Both the position numbers and the translations under genes were made by a program. Shown here in pieces: positions 42,522 through 54,500 of a stretch of 64,000 bases of DNA. Under the pieces are notes generated by a model that was given only the letters and a program-made list of their open reading frames with translations, had not been told where the DNA came from and made no database searches. Position 1 is the first letter of the stretch. The number at the start of each line of letters is the position of its first letter. Source of the stretch: Antedon mediterranea (Eukaryota; Animalia; Echinodermata); assembly GCF_964355755.1 (NCBI RefSeq), contig NC_092673.1, positions 29,447,648 through 29,511,647 of the forward strand, given 5' to 3'.

Positions 42522-45500
42522 TTTACTCTACCTAAAAAGCAAAAAGATAATTTGTGTTTTCAAAAGCAATTCAACAGATATTAATCCTTGTTTGTTTACA
42601 TAAATAAAAACAAATCATTATATTTGTCTTAGATTATGTTTCACCAAATATAACATGTCCGGATGACTTCACTGTTGAAACTGAACCAGGATTTGGTTCT
42701 GCAATTGTGACCTGGGATTCTGCAGTTGCTACTGATAACTGTTGTGGAGATGACATCGACATATCTTCTAATGTTACAAATGGCACTAGTTTTAATATAG
42801 GAGTTACATGGGTAGGATACACAGCAGTGGACTGTAATGGAAATGAGGACCAGTGTATCTTCTACATTGAAGTTGAAGGTAAGACATAAAGTATACAATG
42901 GTCTTTAGTGGTGCTTGGTGCTTGTAGGGTGTGTTGATTTTCAAACTTCTCAAGTAACCTTTCAGAATTGAATACCAAGTAGCTAAATCTTGAGTCCTTC
43001 CTTTTACCAAGTTTTTTTTTCTAATCAGACAAAGAACCACCAGTGTTGGATTGTCCATTTGATCAGACAGTACCTGGTGACCATAGCTGTTTTGCTACAT
43101 TGTCATGGTCACCACCAAATGTAACAGACAACTCTGGAGAGGCCCCTACACCAGTTTGCGATTACCAAAGTGGGGAGACATTTACAGACATAACCACTAA
43201 TGTTACCTGCAATGCTACTGATAGTTCTGGCAACACTGGATATTGTGTATTTTCTGTTATAATTATTGGTAAGAATTTTCCCTTTTTGTTTTAATATTAG
43301 ATAAAATGTAATTAACTTCATATTGGTACATCACAATCTAATCCATGGTTAGAGATACACACAATTCTGTATTTAGATTAGATTATGCGACGAACACAAT
43401 TTTTGCTTTGATAAAGTAACTACATGCTTCTGACTTCTGACTTCATTTCTTGTGTAGTACATACTGAGGGTCGCCATTTTTAAAGTCTGCATAGAACATT
43501 TGCAAATTTTTATCATATTATAATATGATATAAATACAATCAATAAAACAAAAATAATTGTCATCTTTGCAAAACCTGAACGGATGACCATACCTTGGTT
43601 GTTACTATAGTAACATTGGCTGAAGTTGATTAGGCATTACATTGAGTGTAACGTCATATTTATTTGGAAAGTGGTTAAGAAGAAATACTGTAGTTTTATA
43701 CCATTTCTGACTATCTACCCGATGATTGATACTAGGTCTATACTTCAAACATAATATAATGATCTTTGTAAAACCTTTTCTTTAGTTTGATTATGCCATA
43801 CTTTTTCCTATAATATGTTTTCTATACATTCCCAACAGATGAAACTGGTCCTAATGTCACTTGTCCAGATAATATCGAGATGTGCACAGACTTACAATTA
43901 GATGAAAGTAGTGTCACTTGGTATTCAGCCAATGCAACTGACAACTGTTGTGATAGTTCCAGTATCAACATAACTGCCAACTATACCAGTGGTGATTTAT
44001 TTTCTCTTGGTGTATACACTGTAGGATATGCAGCTACTGATTGCAATGATAATACTGGTTATTGTCAATTTACAGTTGAAGTTAAAGGTAAATTCTCTTA
44101 AAACACATTGTTAACACTGTTTACTTTATTAAAGATGTATTATCCCTTGAAACACAAAAAATGAAGGTCAAAATATTCTAAATTTAAAGTGGCTATATCA
44201 AAGTAATATTAAAGTTATTCACTTTAAGTCGAAAATTCGAGCCAAAAACAACAAGTTTATGCAATCAACAGGTAAATTAATTTGATTACATTTCATCTGT
44301 AAAATCGTCGCGAGTGAAAGTAAACAAAGATTTCAAACCACGAGTATGCATTATGCATGATGCTAATTAGGATTGTTTACAACTCGTCACGGTTGAGAAG
44401 GTGTTTTCACACAGATCGCGAGGAAGTTTTATGATTATGCATACAGAGTAGCCAAACAAGCGCGTTGCATTATGAGATATGTTTTGATCGAAAACTTTGT
44501 TTTTATATCATTTCAAACTCAATGTGTGAGGTAAAGGATATGAAAGCAGCACATAAACTGAATTATTCTAAAATTTAATCATTTATTGTTTTAGATTGTG
44601 AGCCACCAGAGCTTTCATGTCCACCAAACCAAGACTTAGCAGGTGATCAAAACTGTATGGCAACTGCCACCTGGATGCCACCAAATGTCACAGACAACTC
44701 TGGAGATGTTTTTATGCCAGTTTGTGATTATACCAGTGGAGATATGTTTTCTGAAGAGGTGACAATTGTAACTTGTAATGCTACTGATGATTATGACAAC
44801 ACTGGAAATTGTAACTTTACAATTACAATTTATGGTAAGGCCTGTTTCTCAACTTAAACATTTGTAGAGGCTCACAGTTCTCTGATTGTTTTTATATTAT
44901 GATTTTGAAATACATTCCACACACAGTATATCTTTTTTGAATTGTAGATGAACTTGCACCAAATATTACCTGCCCAGATGACTTTGAAATATGTACAGAT
45001 CAGGGAATGAATTCAGTAGCTGCCACTTGGTATTCAGCCAATGCAACCGATAACTGTTGTGATAGTTCCAGTATCAACATAACAACCAACTATACCAGTG
45101 GAGGTCTCCTTTCACTTGGTGAATACACTGTAGGATATGCAGCTACTGATTGCAATGATAATACTGGTTATTGTCAATTTACATTTGAAGTTACAGGTAA
45201 CTTGTGACTACTTTTATTAACATGAAAACATAATCTGTTGTTTTAAATAATATTTTATGCTTAATAAATTCTATGACTTTCTTTTAGATTGTGAGCCTCC
45301 TGTTCTTGTGTGTCCACCAAGCCAAACTGTAACCGGTGATGATAACTGTATGGCAAATGTTACCTGGTCTGCACCTGATGTTACAGACAACTCGGGAGAT
45401 ATTTTTATATCAGAATGTGATTACCAAAATGGGTCAACATTTTCTGGTCACATGACCCTTGTAACCTGCAATGCTACCGACAACTATGATAACACTGGAA

Positions 45501-48500
45501 ATTGTACCTTCACAATCCACATCTATGGTAGGTTCACTTTTGTTCTGTTTTTATACAGAGTATTATTGTTAAAAATGTCCATTAATTTATATTTATTATT
45601 AGTCAAACTGAGGTGCTCCAAACAATAGCCATAAAACCAGCACAGGCTCTCATTTACCATAGTTCTGGTGGTAGAACAAGTCTTCTCAGATACTTTAATG
45701 ACTTAACTGGAGGATCAGTGTTACTTCTAAGGAGTTGGGGCTTACCCTGCTGTTCTCACCCTAATACAGATGCACCTCTAGCCTGGAATCTACAAATTAG
45801 GATATCAGAAAATATAGATTAATAATTTAATTTCTGAACAATAAATGACTTTCGAATTAGAATTAATCCACTGAATTAAAAATATATTTTTGTTTATTGA
45901 TGATTCCTTAGCATTTGGTGCCATATGCTGTAATTGATTCAAAATGTCATTATTTTTTATTCATTTTGATCAGATGATGAAGGGCCAGAAGTCTATTGCC
46001 CAGCAAGTATCTGGACTTGTGCTGCTCTAACGCCTTCTACTAATGTAGAGTGGGATGCTATCAATGCCACTGATAACTGTTGTGATAATATTACCATGAC
46101 GGCTTCAAGTTCATCTCCCACCGACTCTGATGTATTTTCCGATGGCAATTACGGGGTTTTTGATGAAATTGGAAATTATGTAATTTCATACACTGCAACT
46201 GATTGTAATGACAATAATGGCACTTGTAACTTTACTGTTGAAATTGCTGGTAAGCATAAAATAAATAAATTGTACAATGAAGAGAAAAACACACACGAGA
46301 GATTTCAAATTTCAGTTTTTTTTTACTTTTATAAATTTTTATTTCTAGAAGAATAATTTCATTTTTTTTATTATCTGCATTTAGATTGCCAACCTCCAGT
46401 CTTGACCTGTCCTGATGACCCCACTTTTTACGTTGATGAAACATGCAATGCTTATGCCAACTGGAGTGTGACAGCAGAAGATAATTATGATGGGGATGTT
46501 GATGTTATCTGTGATCATATTCATGGTGACTATGTTTTTGGTAACTACACAGTAGTCTGTAATGCAACAGACATGGCTGGCAACACTGGGAACTGCTCTT
46601 TTGAATTCTTTGTCATTGGTAAGTGCTATTGTCAATATGAGTGAAGCTTTTTTATATTTTATTGTATTTTATAATAATAATGAAAAGAATGTGTCCTACA
46701 TCTGCCTACAACTTTTATATTTCAATGCCATCTATCATAAGTGTGTTACAGTATTGAGTTACTTAAATCTCGTAATGATTGTAATTTTGTTTTAATTTTT
46801 TGCCTTTAGATGATATGGCACCTGTCGTAACCTGTCCAGATAACATCACTGTTGGCACTGAAATGGGAATCAATTCTGCAATTGTAACATGGGATTCTGC
46901 AGTTGCTACTGATAACTGTTGTGGAGATGACATTGACATAACTCATGATTCTACAAATGGCACTAGTTTTAATATAGGAGTTACAGTAGTAGAATACACA
47001 GCATTGGACTGTAATGGAAATGAGGACCAGTGTACCTTCTACATCGATGTTGACGGTAAGATATTTATTTTTAAATTGATTAATTTTGTTTCTTTTTCAT
47101 ATATGTACTACAGTATAATTGTAAAACGCCCAAATAAAATCGAGTTCTTTCTTTCTTAGATACTGAACCACCTATACTTGAATGTCCACAAAGCCAAAAC
47201 TTAACAGGTGCGGAGGATTGCACAGTGACAGCCACCTGGATGCCACCAAATGTCACAGACAACTCTGGAGGTATTTTTATGCCAGTTTGTGATTATACCA
47301 GTGGAGATATGTTTTCTGAAGAGTTGACAATTGTAACCTGTAATGCTACTGATGATTACGACAACACTGGAATGTGCACATTTGCAATTACAATTTTTGG
47401 TAAGGTCATTTTAACACTAAATCATGACCTGCTTTTACAGGTTGCTTTCATGAAATTCAAAGTTAACAGCAAATACTGCTAATATTTTTCACTTGATGTG
47501 TCTTTAGATGAGCTGCCTCCTACGCTTGAATGTCCAGAAGACATGATGGTATGTACCGAGACAGGTGTTGATTCAATGTCTGTAACTTGGTACACAGCAA
47601 ATGCAACTGACTGCTGTGACGATGTTACCATTGCTGCCAACCACACAAGTGGAAACATGTTTTCAGTTGGTGATACTACTGTGGGATATTCAGCAACAGA
47701 TTGTAAAGGCAATACAGGATATTGTCAGTTTGTCATCACAGTGACAGGTGAATGCTATGAACATTTCTTAATCGATTCCTTCATCTTTCAAACTATTGAA
47801 TTGTTCATTTTGAATTACAGTCTTGGAACCATCCTAAGCGACCTAAAGACGATTCTCCACTAGGCGAAATTGATCAAGCGAATCAACAGCGTCAGCTTAC
47901 GCATAAGTAGAGAGGGTTTTGGGAGACAGAAACATAAATATGCATGCATATAAGCTGTCGCTTTTGATTCGCCTAGTGGAAAATACAGTATGTTTTATAT
48001 AATAATAAAATAATAATAGTATGAATTTGTAACGCACCAATTCCAGCAGTAAGTGATCAAAGAGAGAGAGAGCTCAATCTGAAAGAAAAAGATGAGTATT
48101 CAAGTAACCTGTCCTGATAATGAAACAATAGAAAGAATAAAAAGAAATATTTGTTATTTTATTTTATAGATTGTGAACCACCTGTGGTAACTTGTCCTGA
48201 AAATCAAACACTAGACGGAGGTGCATCATGTATGGTGATGGTTATCTGGTCTGATCCAACTGTCACTGACAACTATCAGGATGACTTAGTAGCAGTTTGT
48301 GATTATCCAGCTCCCAGTGTATTTTACGAAGAGAGTACAATTGTGACTTGCAATGCTACAGATAGTTTTGACAACACTGGATATTGTTCTTTTACAATCT
48401 TTATTGAAGGTACCTGTTTCTTATTTTATATGTTGATTGTCTTCTTTTGTAATGATTCTATATAAAAGATATCCCAATATGCGAACCCAAGACTGTAACC

Positions 48501-51500
48501 AGATTCAAGCAATCCCCCCCCCCCTTTTTTTTTTTAGTGCCTTTTAAAGCTACAAGCTTGGAACCTTGTGTAGTGGGATATGGGATAGGTTTAGCTCATT
48601 ACTTCCAGATCATTAATTTCCAAAACATTTGGAATCCAAATGTTAATCAACATATGTAAACAAATGTTTTTTAAGTAAATGCTAAAAGTCAACTCTCCCA
48701 ATACCAGACTCTCTGATAGCTAGAAACTTTCATAAAACCAAATGGTTCCTTTGTTACCATTAAAATCCAATTCAGAATATCAGACTAGCCCTGATCGAAG
48801 GTGTCCAGTATTATAGTGGGAGATGATTGTATTTGCTTTGTCTTAATCTGCATGATATAACGTAATCTCATTGGAAAAATATTGTTTTTATTTCTGTCTT
48901 AGATAATATGGCGCCTTATCTGGAATGTCCTGGTGATATTGAAGTTTGTAATAATGGTACCAGTAGTATGGCATCAGTTACTTGGGAACCAGCAAATGTT
49001 ACCGACAACTGCTGTGCGGATGTTGTTGCGTCATCAAACGTTACTTCAGGATACTACTTCACAATCGGTAACACGCTTGTGCGGTACACAGCTAGTGACT
49101 GTGATGATAACACGGCTACTTGTGATTTTAATGTCCTGGTTAAAGGTTTGTATAATTCATTGTGGTAACTATTTAATCCATCTTGTCTTAAGCTCTGTCT
49201 AAGTGTGATGTGCCCAAATATGGTAAGCTTGGTTCCCACTAGAACATAACGCAAGGACGTAAACGCAACGCAAGTGTGTTAACCAATGACAAGTGACAGT
49301 TCGAATAATCCATCTCTTGCGATTGGTCAATTGCGTTATATTCTTGTGTTGCGTCTCTAATAGGAACCAAGTATTAGTGGTATAACCAAATATGGTAGTG
49401 ATATGACATTATCATATCCATATATGGGCACATCACATTCTTTTGTTACATAAAGTTTGATAGTGTAGACAGAGCTTTAGAATATGGTTCATGTTTTTAA
49501 TTATATATATATATATATATATAAATTAATTTAAATAAATATAGAATATATCGTTATTATAATCCCATGCTTGAGACAACCCTTCTACCAACTCTTCGAT
49601 ATTCAGACTTTAGTAAATATATTCTTAATGCATTCTTAGTATAATCACACTCCTTACTTTTCAGCAAATTTTGTACCCAGGCCTATATGATACATAAATT
49701 CTGTACTATTGTTACTTACGGCATTTGTCAAATCAACATTCATTTGCTACATTAAAATTTTCTGTCATTTTTTTTCAGATTGTGAGCCTCCAGTCTTGAC
49801 ATGTCCTGATGACCTAATTTTTTATGCTGATGAAACATGCAATGCTTATGCTAACTGGAGCGTGACAGCAGAAGATAATTATGATGGTGATGTTGAGGTA
49901 ATCTTTGATCAAACTCATGGTGACTATGCTGTTGGTAACTACACAGTAGTCTGTATTACAACAGACATGGCTGGCAACACTGCAAACTGCTCTTTTGATT
50001 TCTTTGTCTTTGGTGAGTGCTATAATCAAAATAAGTGATTCTTTTATTTGTTGAATACTAACAATGAAAATTGCCCTACAGTACGCAGTTTATAGGTTGT
50101 CATGCCAGTTATAAAGATTATGATTTGTGTGTATTTCCTGTCTTTAGATGATATTTCACCTATCATAACATGTCCGAATGATATCACTGTTGACACTGAA
50201 ATGGGAATCAATTCTGCAATCGTGACCTGGGATTCTGCAGTTGCTACTGATAGCTGTTGTGGAGATGACATTGACATATTTTCTAATGTTACAAATGGCA
50301 CTAGTTTTAATATAGGAGTTACATGGGTAGGATACACAGCAGTGGACTGTAATGGAAATGAGAACCAGTGTATCTTCTACATTGATGTTGACGGTAAGAC
50401 ATACAGAATACAATATATGTATGAACTATATACTGTTTATTTTTGTGTATAATCACAATTTATTGAGTAAGTCATTGTTTTTTTTTTTCATAAACACTTT
50501 AGTCTAATTGTAGAAACAAAGACAAACTATTTTTGTTTTCTTTCATAGATGGTGAACCACCTGTACTTGACTGTCCACAAAGTCAAAACTTAACAGGTGC
50601 AGAGGATTGCACAGTTACAGCCACCTGGATGCTACCAAATGTTACTGACAACTCTGGAGGTGAATATATGCCAGTTTGCGAATATACTAGTGGAGATATA
50701 TTTTCTGATGATGTGATTGTAGTCTGTAATGCTACTGATGATTACGACAACACTGGAATATGCACATTTGCAATTACAATTTATGGTAAGGATAACAACC
50801 TTAATCTTCTTATGGTTTAATCCTAATATATATATATATATACATACATATCTTTCACAACATTTTACATTTGTTGTTATTCTTATTATTTTTTTTAGTC
50901 TAATTTATTCAGAAATATAAATATTTACATTGGGATTGTACAGAGACAGGTAATTGCCTGTAGTCTGTAGCCTGTAATATATAATCACAAAGAAAAAAAA
51001 CCTGAAATAAGGATTAAACATTTTTTTTTTTAAATTATATATTTAGGCAAATTGCCAAGGATAACCATAGCCAATTCATTCACTATCCTTCTCAAAGGTG
51101 GTAATCCTATTCACAAGACAAACATACACAAGATGCTCTACATAAACAAAGACTACAAGTCTTTGTATTGAAAACTTATTGAAAATAAGTACTGCTCTTT
51201 TAATATTATATGGATTTACTGATAATTTCCTATTGTGTATTCTTAGATGAGCTGCCTCCTATTCTTGAATGTCCAGAAGACATGATGGTATGTACCGAGA
51301 CAGGTGTTGATTCAATGTCTGTAACTTGGTACACAGCAAATGCAACTGACTGCTGTGACGATGTTACCATTGCTGCCAACCACACAAGTGGAAACATGTT
51401 TTCAGTTGGTGATACTACTGTGGGATATTCAGCAACAGATTGTAAAGGCAATACAGGATATTGTCAGTTTGTTATCACAGTCACAGGTAAATAATATGAA

Positions 51501-54500
51501 CATTTCTTCCTAACTAAAAGCGATATGATGTTTTTATTTTGCATACTGCAATGATATAGCTGAGGATATTGATTCAGTAAAATTGTTTCCATTTTATATT
51601 ACAGTTTGTAACAGTCACATGTTGTTAATATGTCATTTCATAATAGAGCCTTCAAATTTCAAACCACTATTTTTATTCTTGAATTCAATTGTTTATTTCG
51701 AATTACAGTCTTGCAAAAGGTAACAATATCATGTGATCATATATTGTCCAATAAGATTTTATTTAATCTTGTATTACAAAAAATAAACTAATCACCAAAT
51801 AATAAAGACCACCATTGTCCACACATTTGATTAATGACAAAAAAAGAGTTTTTAATCTTGAATTAATATTTTTATTTTATAGATTGTGAACCACCTGTGG
51901 TAACCTGTCCTGATAATCAAACATTAGAAGGAGATGCGTCATGTATGGTGATTCCCATGTGGTCTGATCCAACTGTCACTGACAACTATCAGGATGACTT
52001 AGTAGCAGTTTGTGATTATTCATCTGGAGATGTATTTGATCAAATGATCACAATTGTGACTTGCAACGCTACAGATAGTTTTGACAACACTGGAAGTTGT
52101 TCTTTTACAATCTTCATTGAAGGTACCAGTTTCCTTTTAAATATTTTGGTTGTCTTTTCTTAAACAGTTTAAAAAAATGAAAATAGGACACAGAAAAATG
52201 TGTATGAAATGCTTTAGATAAAATAGTTTTAGCTCCAATTTCAAGCTGACACCTTTGTAATCATTCAATATTGAAAACACTTTAAACCAAGACTTAAAGA
52301 GAGCACACCCACCCAGTAATAATAATAATAACTTTATTGACAAACACTTTTGGATCAGTGGCAACACACTCATTAGTGGTACAGTCAACTTAAACAACAT
52401 ACAATTGAACATTATAAACCAAACATGTATGTATGTACACTCAATGATACATACATAGACATTAAATACAATAGTAAAACAAAACCAATGGAGTGGCTTT
52501 TCTTAAATTTTAACTTTTTAAACTTTTTTTTTTGCAACAATGCCAATTAGCTCATTTTTAACTCAGATCTTTTTTCCCAGGCAACTTTAAGAAAATGAAC
52601 CAGTGATAGATTAAATAGATTATCTTCTTCATCATTTAAGTTTTCCAAACAGTAATACAGTAATTTAGTAGTTAAATGGATGTAAAAGAGATACAACCAC
52701 AATCCTTTAATGGTTCCCTCCCCCGAGAATTGCCTGCTTCTTCTTTTTAAATTTAAAATAAATATTTTTTCAGGTATATATATATATATTGCATTCACAA
52801 AGGTTTAAAAAATTGGGACTAGGAAAATATAAACTTAAAAAAGTATTTTGCACCACAAATCTATGGCCCAGAGTGGCCGTGATTTAAATATGTTATGATA
52901 TTCAATAGAAGGCTATGAGAAAATTTCTATGGAGATATTTGTATCAACATAAGTTTTGCACAATATAGAACTTAATATCATGTATTAAAGTGTTTTATTA
53001 AAGTGTTTAGTTAGTTGCATGAAAACTTGGCCAATATGATTGTGTAAAATAACTTGCCTGAAATACTACATTACAACATACTGAATAACTGATCTCTTTG
53101 TTTTCCTAGATAACATGCCACCTGATTTACAATGTCCTGACGATATTGACGTTTGTACTGATTCCAATGTAACTACTGTATTATGGGAACCAGCAAATGC
53201 CACCGACAACTGCTGTACTGATCTCAGGACTACTTCATCAAATATTAGTTCAGGAGAACCTTTCTATGGATTGGGAAACAACGTTGTACGCTACTTTTTA
53301 ACTGACTGCAATTTCAACTTAGCTATTTGTGATTTTAATGTATTTATTCAAGGTTGGCAAACTTTATTATTTTTACGTTTCAAATAAAATTAAATATAGG
53401 CTGACACCAACTTTATGATGTTTTTTTGACAAATTACATTCTTCATGTTATAACTACATATATATTGTTTTACTTTTAGATTGTGAAGCTCCTGTCCTGA
53501 CTTGCCCTGATGACTTTATGTCTGTCACTGATGACACTTGCTCCGATTCAGCAACATGGGTGGTTACAGCAGTAGATAATTATGATGGTGATGTTGATGT
53601 GACCTGTGACCTTGCACCTGGTGCGTATGCCCTTGGTAACTACACAGTAGTCTGTAATGCAACAGACTCTTCAGGAAACATAGGAAACTGCTCATTTGAT
53701 TTCTTCATCCTGGGTGAGTACTAAAACTATTGAGGCTATACATTTACTTACAGTAGGCCTAGACCTAGTAATACTATTGAGGCTATACATTTACTTAGTA
53801 GACCTAGTAAAACTATTGAGGCTTTTACTAGTACATTAACAGATTTATAGTTGTCAGATGACACATGTCTCCATTTTATTTTTATTCACAATATGGCTTT
53901 GGGTTAAATTATTACAATCTATTTTTGGTTTTTAGATGAAACTTCTCCGAATGTAACATGTCCGGATGACATCATGGTTTACACTGACATGGGAATCAAT
54001 TCTGCAATTGTAACCTGGGATTCTGCAGTTGCTACTGATAACTGTTGTGGAGATGACATTGACATATCTTCTAATGTTACAAATGGCACTAGTTTTAATA
54101 TAGGAGTTACAGTAGTAGAATACACAGCAGTGGACTGTAATGGAAATGAGGACCAGTGTACCTTCTACATTGATGTTGAAGGTAAGATTATTGGTTTGCA
54201 TCCAACTTGGCATAAGAAGTATAAATGCGATGATCGCCGCTAGTTTTACCAGTCCTAATTAGCACACTTTTACACATTGTATTAAAGCTATACATATTTA
54301 CAAAATTTGCAGATTTGTCAAATTTTGAAGTTTGAACATTCCTAGTTAGGTTGACATTTATTATCAATTGTGCCATGTTAATTTTGTTTGAGGGGACCGC
54401 TCAGGATGTAAATCCCCTTTGGGGATCTAGGGAGCTATCTCTTGTACCATTACAAATGATTGCATTTTTTGTCTGTTATCTTTTCTTTTCTCAGGTGTTT

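Larger units (their letters stand above)
18590..42880 (+). repeat. Tandem array of ~2.2-2.5 kb six-exon units (8 complete plus a half)
   Basis: Unit starts (DDTPP/DETPP exon) at 18626, 21027, 23327, 25628, 27800, 30348, 32571, 34957 and 41785. Units 2, 3 and the start of 4 are nearly identical, introns included (period ~2300). Confidence 0.95.

Noticed and set aside
18626-42878. CRISPR-like or Dscam-like cassette array
   Set aside because: The repeats are coding exons with introns, not repeat-spacer units. The ordered X/Y alternation with neighbour-dependent cysteines argues for serial inclusion rather than one-of-many exclusive choice, although RNA data are needed to settle this.
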